Positions 17,322 to 26,772 of a stretch of DNA of 64,000 bases are shown in pieces (within the stretch, counting starts at the first letter, position 1; every line of letters begins with the position of its first letter). Both the position numbers and the translations under genes were made by a program. The notes beneath the pieces were generated by a model. It had not been told where the DNA came from. It saw only the letters and a list, made by a program, of their open reading frames with translations, and did no database searches. Location of the stretch: the NCBI GenBank assembly GCA_965207445.1, contig CBDBLX010000002.1, forward strand, positions 1,527,849-1,591,848, in the 5' to 3' direction. The DNA comes from Nitrosopumilus sp. Its GTDB lineage: Archaea > Thermoproteota > Nitrososphaeria > Nitrososphaerales > Nitrosopumilaceae.

Positions 17322-19142
17322 TTATTTACTAGCAGCGGTTTTAATGAATGCAGCAAACGATGCCTCAGGAAATCCTGGCCTACTGTTGAATTCGGGGTGA
17401 AATTGCACACCCATGTAAAACTTGTGAGATGGAATCTCAAGTATCTCCATACGCTTTCCAGAGTCACTTTGTGCTGAAAACACTAGTCCTTTTTCTCTCA
17501 TCTGAGGTATGAATTTGCGATTTATCTCATATCTGTGACGGTGTCTTTTTGTTATTGTGTTTAGGTTGTATATATTATGGGCCAACGTATTATTAAATAT
17601 GTCCACATCATGCGCACCAAGCCTAAGTGAGCCACCCATATCAGAAACATTTTGTTGCTCAGGTAATATGTCAACTATTGGATATTTGGTGTCTGGTGTA
17701 ATTTCAGTCGAGTTTGCATCATCCATTTCAAGTACGCTTCTACAAAATGCAATAGATGCAAGCTGAAATCCAAAACATATTCCAAGATAGGGTATGTTAT
17801 TTTCTCGTGCAAAAGTTGCAACAGATATAATTCCCTCAGAGCCACGTGTCCCAAAACCACCAGGTACTAGTATGCCATCATATGATGATAGACGTGAAAT
17901 GTCGTTGCTTGTGTTAGTGTTGTTGTTGCTGCTACTACAGTTGTTGTTGTTGTTGCTACTAAGATTATTAAACATGGCATCATCACCATTACTAACACCA
18001 CGCACAGTATCATTATGATTACTACTATTATTACCATCATGCATATCATTGCTATTACCACCACCACTATTATCACCAGTACACATATCACCACCACCAC
18101 CACAGATAGTCTCAGAATCAATCCAATCAATATTTACACGACTAGATATTGCAGCACCTGCATGTTTGAGTGCATGATTCACACTGACATAGCTGTCAGC
18201 CAACGTCACATATTTTCCCACCATTGCAATGTTTATGGTATCACCAGTAGGATTTGCAATATTCTCAACTATCGAATTCCACGCATTCCATCTTGAGGAT
18301 GTATTTAGCATTCCAAATATTCCAAATCGAGTGTAAATTGAATCCAATATTCCTTGTTCGTATAAAACTTGGGGCACTTGAAATATAGATGACACATCGT
18401 GACATGATAGTACGTCTTTTGATGTCACATTTGTAAACATTGCAATCTTTTGCTTTGTCTTTTCACCAAGTGGGCTAGTGCAACGTACTGCCAAAAAGTC
18501 AGGCTGTATTCCAATTCTTCGTAGTTCCTGGGCGCTATGCTGTGTAGGTTTTGTCTTTTGTTCACCCACCACATCAAGTTCAGGGGCCAACGTAACGTGT
18601 ACAAACAGTACATTTTGATGTCCGTGTTCTACGCGCATCTGCCTGAGTGCTTCTAAAAATGGGAGAGACTCTATATCACCTACAGTTCCACCACACTCGA
18701 CGATTAAAAAGTCAGGTTTTGTTTCGGGATTTTGTGCACTGCCACTAGCAATGGCACGTATACGTCTCTTTATCTCATCTGTTACATGTGGAATTATCTG
18801 AACACAAGCACCCAAATATTTACCACTGCGTTCTGCTTCAATAACAGATGCATATACTTGTGCAGTAGTTATATTGTGACTCTTTGTCAGATTCTGATTC
18901 AAAAATCTCTCATAGTTTCCAATATCCATATCACACTCACCACCATCCTCTGTGACAAATACTTCTCCATGAGCAATAGGGTTCATTGTACCTGCATCAT
19001 AATTCAGATAAGGGTCAATCTTTACACATGATACCTTTTGGTCTGCTAGCTGTAAGAGTTTGGCAATTGATGATGCAGTCACACCTTTTCCAAGACCGGA
19101 CATTACCCCACCTGTAACAAAAATGAATTTACATGTCTGCAC
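17322..19142 (-). CDS. pyrG: CTP synthase with a long low-complexity insert in the glutaminase domain
   Basis: KFIFVTGGVMSGLGKG, KIDPYLN, KTKPTQHS, PGGFG, GICFG, RHRHRYE, QFHPEF. Start placed at GTG 19142; the longer ORF to 19259 runs through a MITE. Confidence 0.95.
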   Translation of the reverse strand: MQTCKFIFVTGGVMSGLGKGVTASSIAKLLQLADQKVSCVKIDPYLNYDAGTMNPIAHGEVFVTEDGGECDMDIGNYERFLNQNLTKSHNITTAQVYASVIEAERSGKYLGACVQIIPHVTDEIKRRIRAIASGSAQNPETKPDFLIVECGGTVGDIESLPFLEALRQMRVEHGHQNVLFVHVTLAPELDVVGEQKTKPTQHSAQELRRIGIQPDFLAVRCTSPLGEKTKQKIAMFTNVTSKDVLSCHDVSSIFQVPQVLYEQGILDSIYTRFGIFGMLNTSSRWNAWNSIVENIANPTGDTINIAMVGKYVTLADSYVSVNHALKHAGAAISSRVNIDWIDSETICGGGGDMCTGDNSGGGNSNDMHDGNNSSNHNDTVRGVSNGDDAMFNNLSSNNNNNCSSSNNNTNTSNDISRLSSYDGILVPGGFGTRGSEGIISVATFARENNIPYLGICFGFQLASIAFCRSVLEMDDANSTEITPDTKYPIVDILPEQQNVSDMGGSLRLGAHDVDIFNNTLAHNIYNLNTITKRHRHRYEINRKFIPQMREKGLVFSAQSDSGKRMEILEIPSHKFYMGVQFHPEFNSRPGFPEASFAAFIKTAASK

Positions 19143-19190
19143 ATTTGTAAAAACAGATAGTAGCTTTTGTATGTTTTGCATAATAGTTTC

Positions 19191-19280
19191 ATTAAAGATC
19201 CGATAGTTTTCTAATATTTTGTATTCATAATATGTACTCAACTTCGAGATGAATATCAATCAAAATATCGGATCTTTAAT
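19191..19280. mobile_element. MITE family 2 (90 bp)
   Basis: Perfect inverted ends ATTAAAGATCCGATA / TATCGGATCTTTAAT; near-identical copy at 41943-42032. Confidence 0.8.
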
Positions 19281-19315
19281 CATATCAGTATGCATCAAGG
19301 CATGCTAAAGTTGTC

Positions 19316-19396
19316 GTAACCGTTCAACTCATTCTCAAGTTTAGACACAGATTCATCGACTAACTTTTAGTGCAGGCACGGGGGTTGAACGGTTAC
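19316..19396 (-). mobile_element. MITE family 1 (81 bp)
   Basis: Ends GTAACCGTTCAAC / GTTGAACGGTTAC; internal sequence shared with five other copies. Confidence 0.85.
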
Positions 19397-19494
19397 GACC
19401 TTGCGATCTGATCTAGAGTACCAGTACACGTAATGTGTGGGCAGATAATCAAGTCAAAGCCGCATCTGTGCTACTCTGGGCAAGGGGGGTGTTG

Positions 19495-19511
19495 GGGGGT
19501 TGAACGGTTAC
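19495..19511 (+). mobile_element. Solo family 1/IS66-type terminal repeat
   Basis: GGGGGGTTGAACGGTTAC without the MITE body, 1 bp from the target duplication of the IS1595 transposon. Confidence 0.65.
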
Positions 19512-19781
19512 CGCTAAACTGGGAATTATATACTTGATTCACAAATATATGCCTAGTTAAATGCCTGCCTAGGCCGCATGCAGCCATACACAGCCATACA
19601 CAGCCATGCAGCACGCCAGATCCTTAAACCAAGAATGTGTGGATGGCAATACCAATAACAATGCCCGCGATTCAGACATTTTTGATGGATGAAGGCGGGG
19701 GTGAGCGCCAAGTGGATGTGTGTTGTAGCATATGTGAATGTAATATTATACACTTGTAACTTATCATGGATAGCAATCATA

Positions 19782-19883
19782 TCATGTTCCGGGTAGTCCC
19801 CATCCAGCACCCAATCCGTAGCCTATGGCGCCTGATATGAGACTGCAAAAGGCTGCAAAGCTAAGGCTTACTGATATTCTCAT
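19782..19883 (-). CDS. Putative 33-aa hydrophobic peptide MRISVSLSFAAFCSLISGAIGYGLGAGWGLPGT
   Basis: ATG overlaps the Type ISP stop (ATGA); one TM-like Gly-rich segment; below the ORF-track size cutoff. Confidence 0.35.
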   Translation of the reverse strand: MRISVSLSFAAFCSLISGAIGYGLGAGWGLPGT

Positions 19884-22800
19884 TTCTTGGTTTGCTCCGT
19901 GGAAAACTTCTCAAGTCCCGTCTTTGCAGGTTTCCAATTTTTGGGCTCAAACTCCTTTGGTAGGTTGGCTATGAGGCGGTCTGACTCCACTCCAACATAC
20001 ACCAACCGCTCTATGAGGGCAATGATATCGATGTCTTTACCGTCAAGTGTTTTTGTAGCGTCGTTTATGATGTCACTGTCCTTGTCAGTGCGAACCTTAT
20101 ATCGGTCGACTGCCCATGCAAGAGGAGTTCGTCCATTTACCTTGTAGTCGATTTTAGGTATGTTGTCAAAGACCACAATGCCGTTTATTTTCAATGTGAT
20201 GAAACCATCTGTTTGCTTTTTGCCCTTAACATCACTTGCTTTTTTCGTGTCAAACGCCATCTTTTCATATTTACCAAATGGAGCCTTTGGCTTGCCCAGT
20301 TTGTATCGTTTGCAGGTTTCCCAAAATAGATGAAGGTCGGCAAGCTGTTTGCCTGTTTTTGAGAATGCCCAAAAGTCGGGCGCCATGGGAATGTGGGGTA
20401 ATTCACGTGAAAGATTGTTTGCATATTTTTTTCGATAGTCAGGGTGATGCAACAAACCATAGACATAGTAGAATATATCTTCCTTGGATATCGTCTTGTC
20501 GCCGTAGTGTTCACAATATTCTTCTTGTGTATAATCTGTGATATTATCTTGTCTACTGTTATTGTAATACGTGTATAATGGAAAACATTGTGTTGGTGAT
20601 GGACTCATTATATTTAGATCTGGAACACTATCCACAATATACGTGCCAAATATTTTCATGTCTGGGCGAAATCCACAAACAATCAATGAATTTTTAGAGT
20701 CGTTTTTTGGAAAGAAATTTAAAATTAATGCCTGCATCGCATTAAATACATTATCAAAATACATATTTTGTTTAAAAAATGGTCTATATAATGAAATTCT
20801 GATCTTATTTTTTGAAAATTTCTGCATGCCTAATCGTTTTAAACGAATTAAGGACTCACGATCCCATTTAGCTTTTTTAGGATTTGTTATTGGGTTATCT
20901 AAATTTTGAGAGTTACAATAACTAATATGACGTTCCATATTTTTAACCAACTCGTCTTTAGATGAATTATAGATCCACGCATCACGACCTGTTGTCACAC
21001 CTCCAGAATACATTTTAAATACTGCATTCCCCTTACCTTTCTTTGCATCCTTACTTCCGATCGGTAGATATTCAGAAAATTTACTACTTCTTTGCCCCAG
21101 CCAGTCGTGATGTTTGTCAGGCTTTATGATCTTCCAATCCAGTGATTTAATTGAACCTATCGTCTTGATGGTATTTAATTTGGTCTCGCGGTCGTGATAA
21201 TCGCCAATGTCGCGATAATATATGGTGCCGGGTGTCGTTTTTTTGGGATTTTTTACAAGAATGATAATGGCAACGGGTGCCCTGGAACCTGATCCAAATA
21301 TTTTCCCACCTTCCTTTCTGGATATTTCATCCCGTGTTCTTTGATTTCCCCTTAGGTCGAATATCCATACGTCTGTAAACTCTTGCTGTAGACAGGCGCG
21401 TATACCTGCCGCTACATCAGTTCTGATAAAACTAGCGTTTGTTACGAATCCAATAATACCTGATTTTCCTATGCGGTCCGAAGCCCAACGGATGGAACGA
21501 ATGTAAGAATCGTATAAAAGACCAACATGAGTTGCATTGGTATTGATAATTTTCGTCTTTTTTAAATAGGTGTCTTTGATTCTTTTGTCCATATCGTCAT
21601 ATTGGATATTCTGATTTTGGTCGTTGTAGTTGGACTGTCCTGCCGAGTACGGTGGATTTCCCACTATGACGGTGATGTTTGTCTGGCGTTGCCGTCTGAT
21701 GCGCCTTTTTACATTTGCCATGATGTCTCCAGTATGTTCATCTAATTTACCGGGGCTGAACGTGTCAGTCAGTGAGATGCCTTCAAACTGTTCAAACTTT
21801 CCTGCGCGTTGCGCGTACACAGACTCACAGTTTACGAGTGCTATGTAATAAGCCAGTAGGACAATCTCATTTGCAAATAATTCGTTATGATACTTGTACA
21901 CCAGGTCCTCTTTCCTGATCATACCAAGGTCTTCGGACATCAGTCTTGTAAGAAACGTGCCAGCCCCTGTAAACGGATCTATAATGTTGACATTCTTGTC
22001 AGTCACGCCGCGCCCAAAGTTCTCGCGTGATACGTGGTCGACGGACCTGAGGATAAAGTCGACTACCTCCTGTGGTGTGTAGACGATACCCAGACGTTCG
22101 GACATCTTCGGGAACGCCTGTTTGAAGAATGTCCCATACAGTTCACTTATGACGGGCTGCCTCGCGTCGTGCGTGTCAAGCTTTGAGACGCGATTCTCAA
22201 TACTCTTGTAAAAACTCTCTAATTTATCCATCTCCACATCAAGTCCATGCAGGAATAGTTCGTCGATTATGGCGTCCAGTGTGACGGAGACCGGATTCTT
22301 TTTTGCAAATTCATCAGTGTCAAATATTGCGTTGAATATCCTCCGCGTCACCATGTGTTGAGCCAACATGTCTATGCCGTCCTGTTCTGTCACCGAGTCA
22401 CTCATTATCTCGCGTAATCCGGACATGTAAGAGTCGAACATCTTTCTGGCGCCACTGCCGCCGCTGCTGGACTTCTTTCCATCTCCTATCACAGTCAGAA
22501 TGCGCTCCTGCAATCTTGCAACCACATCTGCAACATCCTTGGACCAATACTCAAAGTAACGGCGGTCTCCAACCTCATCCACTATTTTTGAATAGATCAG
22601 ATTAGATGGGACGTCAAGTTCACCAATAGGTATCGTATCGCCGCTAGGGTCGTGTTGCCGTATTCTGCCATCGCGGTCAACACCGAATATACTTACACGC
22701 TTTGGCAGTTCTTTTCTGAGATCTGCCGTATTACATTCGATACTCATTCGTTCATCATGTGAGCGCAGCGCCTGCAGTATCTTCCAGACTGTTTCAAACA

Positions 22801-24661
22801 CTTTGTTATTGTCCAATATCTGGTTTGCGTCTTGGTTGGGCGGTACTCCTATGGGTAGTATCACATACCCAGTTGATTTTTTCTCCGATTTTCGCATTAC
22901 GCGCCCTACTGCTTGCACAATTTCCACCATTGATTCCTTTGGATTCATAAATGCAATTGAGTCAAGTGCAGGTACATCAACCCCTTCTGAGAGACATCTG
23001 GCATTTGAGAGTATGCGGCATTCATCGGGGGCAACAGAGGAGCTTTCCCGTAACCATTGTATTGCATCGGCCCTTTCTGTAGCATTTTGTGTTCCATCCA
23101 CATGACGTGAGTCACAACTAAATCGTTTTCCATCAGTTTCACGTGTGAGTTTATCAAACGTCCGTGCAAATGTCTTTGAGTCCACCACTCTGTTAGTATA
23201 CACAATACACGTCTGCATGGCCCGCATGTCTTCATTATCACTGTCTGGATTCTGAAGCGCTTTGTACAATCCCAGCATTCTTGCTGCATCAGTCAGCTTC
23301 AAATCACCGGCTTCTGTAGTTACATCTACCAAATTTTGCAGGTATTTTGCCCCGTATCTTTCATCAATAGCCAATACAGCTACCTTGTAATCGGAAAGTT
23401 GTTTGGCATCAATTGCATCTGAAAAACTCAATTCATGCAACGTTTTTCCATATACGGCCGTATCATCCATTGAATACAATGGAATGCCAAGGTTGGATGT
23501 CTTTGTCTTTATTTTGGCTTGGAATATTTTTGGAGTCGCCGTCATGTATATTCTCTTGTTAGCATCAATTGACGTGTGTACAAGTTGTGCGCCCCATTCA
23601 TTTCCCTTGTCAGCTCCAGTAGTACGATGCGCCTCGTCACATAATACAAGATCAAACGGCCTGCCTACCTCTTTCTGTGCGTCCACTACGGCTTTCATAC
23701 TCTGATATGTCGAAAACACAACAGTCATCTTTTTTTTGTCTGTTTTTTTTAATGCAGATGCTATCCGTTTTGGGTTTGTAGTCACACGAATCTCCATCTC
23801 AATTATTGGTATGTCAGCAGCCTCATCACCATGACTTACTTTGGGATCTGAACATACACCCACATACCCATGTGGGATTGTCTTTTGTTCGGACCAATAT
23901 CTAATGGATTGATGCATCAGTGAGATTGAAGGTACTGCATATAGTACCAGTCCGCCAACACCAACCATCGATTCTGCAATCCTGAGAGATACTAGTGTCT
24001 TACCTGTCCCACATGCCATTATCAGTTTACCGCGGTCTGTTTCTGCAAGACCACTGGATACATCCACAAGTGCCTTTTTCTGATAATCGCGCAATTTGTA
24101 TGGATCGCGCCGTGTTATTTTAGTAAGTCCGGCAGCCAAGTCGGGCCAATTAACATTGCTCGTTGACAATGATTTGAAATTCAGTGCTGTGCAACCATGT
24201 CCTTTGAGTGCATCTTCTACATTCTTTCCATAACTACTACCCGTGTATACTAACATCATATGTGAGAATGTACTACGTGAACCTGCTTCTAGAAAGCTAT
24301 CTATGTGCTTTTTTTGAATAGTGGTTTTATCGTAAAATTTACACTGGATGGCACACAATGAACCATCACTTTTTTCCTTTGCTACAAGATCCGCACCAAT
24401 ATCGTGACTCTTGTTACGTTCTGGATATTCATCCCAGAGCCAAACTGATTCAAAACGATCTTTGTATATTGGATCCACACTTAGAAATGACTTGACAACT
24501 TTTTCAAACAATTTGCCTTTTGTGTGTCCATCACCATCTGCTCTCTGACGTAATTGTTCTAACATCTTGTTAAATCCAGTATTGTTTCCTGTAACAGTAG
24601 CGTGCGGTTTATTGCCACCGTTTGGTTTGCCGGCTGGAGGAGTCATGGTGAAACACCCCAT
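19880..24661 (-). CDS. Type ISP restriction-modification enzyme (Mrr-like nuclease, SF2 helicase, N6-adenine MTase, target recognition domain)
   Basis: GKLFE...DIGADLVA...AIQCKFY nuclease; MACGTGKT, DEAHRT, LSEGVDVP, QAVGRVMR; LGIVYTP, DPFTGAGTF, GNPPY; LlaGI/LlaBIII-like C-terminus. Alternative start 24646. Confidence 0.92.
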   Translation of the reverse strand: MGCFTMTPPAGKPNGGNKPHATVTGNNTGFNKMLEQLRQRADGDGHTKGKLFEKVVKSFLSVDPIYKDRFESVWLWDEYPERNKSHDIGADLVAKEKSDGSLCAIQCKFYDKTTIQKKHIDSFLEAGSRSTFSHMMLVYTGSSYGKNVEDALKGHGCTALNFKSLSTSNVNWPDLAAGLTKITRRDPYKLRDYQKKALVDVSSGLAETDRGKLIMACGTGKTLVSLRIAESMVGVGGLVLYAVPSISLMHQSIRYWSEQKTIPHGYVGVCSDPKVSHGDEAADIPIIEMEIRVTTNPKRIASALKKTDKKKMTVVFSTYQSMKAVVDAQKEVGRPFDLVLCDEAHRTTGADKGNEWGAQLVHTSIDANKRIYMTATPKIFQAKIKTKTSNLGIPLYSMDDTAVYGKTLHELSFSDAIDAKQLSDYKVAVLAIDERYGAKYLQNLVDVTTEAGDLKLTDAARMLGLYKALQNPDSDNEDMRAMQTCIVYTNRVVDSKTFARTFDKLTRETDGKRFSCDSRHVDGTQNATERADAIQWLRESSSVAPDECRILSNARCLSEGVDVPALDSIAFMNPKESMVEIVQAVGRVMRKSEKKSTGYVILPIGVPPNQDANQILDNNKVFETVWKILQALRSHDERMSIECNTADLRKELPKRVSIFGVDRDGRIRQHDPSGDTIPIGELDVPSNLIYSKIVDEVGDRRYFEYWSKDVADVVARLQERILTVIGDGKKSSSGGSGARKMFDSYMSGLREIMSDSVTEQDGIDMLAQHMVTRRIFNAIFDTDEFAKKNPVSVTLDAIIDELFLHGLDVEMDKLESFYKSIENRVSKLDTHDARQPVISELYGTFFKQAFPKMSERLGIVYTPQEVVDFILRSVDHVSRENFGRGVTDKNVNIIDPFTGAGTFLTRLMSEDLGMIRKEDLVYKYHNELFANEIVLLAYYIALVNCESVYAQRAGKFEQFEGISLTDTFSPGKLDEHTGDIMANVKRRIRRQRQTNITVIVGNPPYSAGQSNYNDQNQNIQYDDMDKRIKDTYLKKTKIINTNATHVGLLYDSYIRSIRWASDRIGKSGIIGFVTNASFIRTDVAAGIRACLQQEFTDVWIFDLRGNQRTRDEISRKEGGKIFGSGSRAPVAIIILVKNPKKTTPGTIYYRDIGDYHDRETKLNTIKTIGSIKSLDWKIIKPDKHHDWLGQRSSKFSEYLPIGSKDAKKGKGNAVFKMYSGGVTTGRDAWIYNSSKDELVKNMERHISYCNSQNLDNPITNPKKAKWDRESLIRLKRLGMQKFSKNKIRISLYRPFFKQNMYFDNVFNAMQALILNFFPKNDSKNSLIVCGFRPDMKIFGTYIVDSVPDLNIMSPSPTQCFPLYTYYNNSRQDNITDYTQEEYCEHYGDKTISKEDIFYYVYGLLHHPDYRKKYANNLSRELPHIPMAPDFWAFSKTGKQLADLHLFWETCKRYKLGKPKAPFGKYEKMAFDTKKASDVKGKKQTDGFITLKINGIVVFDNIPKIDYKVNGRTPLAWAVDRYKVRTDKDSDIINDATKTLDGKDIDIIALIERLVYVGVESDRLIANLPKEFEPKNWKPAKTGLEKFSTEQTKK

Positions 24662-24775
24662 TTAAATAACTGACTACAAAAATTAAGATTACATATAAAA
24701 CACCATACCTCAAAAATAGAGTATGGTGATCGCGTCCCACATCTAATTAATCGCGGTGTGTCCCACACTGCACTG

Positions 24776-24962
24776 CACTGCACGGTGTGTGCACTGCACG
24801 GTGTGTGCACTGCACGGTGTGTGCACTGCACGGTGTGTGCACTGCACGGTGTGTGCACTGCACGGTGTGTGCACTGCACGGTGTGTGCACTGCACGGTGT
24901 GTGCACTGCACGGTGTGTGCACTGCACGGTGTGTGCACTGCACGGTGTGTGCACTGCACGGT
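24776..24962. repeat. Perfect 16-bp tandem repeat CACTGCACGGTGTGTG, 11 full copies plus a partial
   Basis: Counted directly; no spacers. Confidence 0.95.
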
Positions 24963-25015
24963 ACCTATGGAATCATATGGGTGCATGTCCGTCATTTTTA
25001 TCTGCTCATATAGAG

Positions 25016-25642
25016 TCATTGCATCTTCCTCCACACCCTAAACTCTCAATCATACTTCACAGAACCACCTGTCATATCTACAATAGCGCCTTCATCTAAC
25101 CTTATAACCCTAGCCTTCTCACCCTTTGCTATCTGCCGCTCCCCTATATGCGCTCTTACAATCATGCCCACTATTTCTGCAAACTCTAGCGCATGATTCA
25201 CAAAGGCCACTGACACATCTGAATACACACCCAAGGGAGGCGCACCCACGACTGCATACCTCTTGTCATCCGTTGGAACCCACGTCAAAAACTCTTGCCT
25301 CTTTACACTAGGATGCTGCGGCAGTATGTCCATTGCCACGGTATCTACAGGCAAAACCTCTAGGAACGAGCCGCGCCCTGCAGACGGATCGACATACATG
25401 TATGCGTCTGGGCTCAAGCCAACATCGCGCATTGCATCTTGCATTACCTGCACACACTTTTCAGCGGCCTCTTTAGTTGTAGTATACAAGTCCATACTCT
25501 TTGTCAGATTGATGTCAACAGACTTCCAAGCCTTGTCACGGTACCGGGTAGCATCCATTATCTCTTTCACAGATGGCCCATTTGCCATCTCATGCACCAG
25601 TGACCTGGCGGCATGATGCATATGTCCTGTTATATTGGACAT
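25016..25642 (-). pseudogene. Degenerate small N6-DNA methyltransferase-like passenger gene
   Basis: DLYTT, YVDPSAGRGSFL (motif I), MDILP, QEFL; motif IV reads VVGAPPLG rather than NPPF. TGA at 25046-25048 is followed in frame by EFRVWRKMQ-stop. Start overlaps the transposase end. Confidence 0.65.
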
Positions 25643-26628
25643 CTCATTAACTCCTTTAGGCGATTCTCATATGCGCCATCCTTTATCAGAATCTTGTACA
25701 TTAGGCGCTTGTCTGACATGCCTTCAGTTATCTCAGACATTATTTCATGAGTGTCTTGTGGCCTTATGTTATGTCTGCCTGCAAACTCATTTACACATCT
25801 GTGCAAGTACTCTTTTGAGATGTGATGGAACGTTCCATCGTACCCGCGGCGCATCATTGACCAGAATGACTCCATACCGTTTGTATGTGCCTTGCCCCTT
25901 ACGTACTCACCTACTGAATGATTTACAGATTCGTGGTTTTCGAGTCCACCATAGGAGGAATTTTCATCCGTGTATTTTTTGGCCTCTGATTTAACGTTGT
26001 TTTCAATAAAGTCCTCTAGTCTGGCTTTGGTAGTTTCAGGCACGGGTTTTGCCACAATCGTTTTCGTTAAGCGGTCCCTTACGCCCACCACAGCAGTCTT
26101 CTTTCCCTTGCCTTTTTTATCTAGGTGCTTGTTTGATTCAGAGCCACCCAAATACACTTCGTCTATCTCCACCGGCCCCGCCATCTTTTCATCACCTGCC
26201 AAATTAACCCAGGCCTCTCGTATGCGCTGCACCATAAACCATGCAGACTTTTGAGTTATGTGTAGTTCGCGGTGCATCTTCATGCTGCTTATACCTTTGA
26301 GACTTGTAGCGAACATGTAGACTGCAATGGCCCATTTCTGATAACCAATTTTAGAACGGTGCATTACAGTGCCTGTTTTGACTGAAAAGTGACTGTGACA
26401 GATATTGCACCTATAAGGGACGCTTGGTTTACTTCCTTCATTGCCAGTGTCAGGGCTGCCACAATAGGGACACGGCCTTCCATCCTTCCACAAGATGGAT
26501 TCGAACCATTTCTCTGCCGCTTTATTGTCAGGGAGCATTTCAAAGAGTTCGATGATTGAGATGCCTACGCGATTACTCCTGCATGGGGCTGATGCACTCG
26601 TTAATGCCTCTTCGAGTATGTCTTTCAT
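25630..26628 (-). CDS. IS1595-family transposase
   Basis: Zn ribbon CPYC..CNIC, VEIDEVYLGG, YTDE, VNHS, HTNGMESFWS, EFAGRHN; uninterrupted ORF. Confidence 0.95.
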   Translation of the reverse strand: MKDILEEALTSASAPCRSNRVGISIIELFEMLPDNKAAEKWFESILWKDGRPCPYCGSPDTGNEGSKPSVPYRCNICHSHFSVKTGTVMHRSKIGYQKWAIAVYMFATSLKGISSMKMHRELHITQKSAWFMVQRIREAWVNLAGDEKMAGPVEIDEVYLGGSESNKHLDKKGKGKKTAVVGVRDRLTKTIVAKPVPETTKARLEDFIENNVKSEAKKYTDENSSYGGLENHESVNHSVGEYVRGKAHTNGMESFWSMMRRGYDGTFHHISKEYLHRCVNEFAGRHNIRPQDTHEIMSEITEGMSDKRLMYKILIKDGAYENRLKELMRCPI

Positions 26629-26772
26629 ACAGGGGGTTGAAAAGAGGGTTTAGTGAAAGTTTGTGCTGTTGTATATAGATTATATGTGATTATTTAGTTG
26701 TGAATCAAGTATATAATCCCCGCTAAACTCTCCAGTTTTCTTATATACGAGATGCACTAGTATTCTTAGATA

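Larger units (their letters stand above)
19521..26721 (-). mobile_element. IS1595-family cargo transposon (7201 bp) carrying a Type ISP RM gene
   Basis: 24-bp TIRs GGGAATTATATACTTGATTCACAA (19521-19544) and TTGTGAATCAAGTATATAATCCCC (26698-26721), 1 mismatch. 8-bp direct repeat GCTAAACT at 19513-19520 and 26722-26729. Internal IS1595 transposase. Confidence 0.93.

Noticed and set aside
19143..19259. N-terminal extension of PyrG in the ORF track
   Set aside because: Runs through MITE family 2; similarity to CTP synthases starts at GTG 19142.
24643..25099. CRISPR array or Cys/His-rich ORFs at the 16-bp repeat
   Set aside because: No spacers or cas genes; the ORFs are open only because the repeat lacks stop codons.
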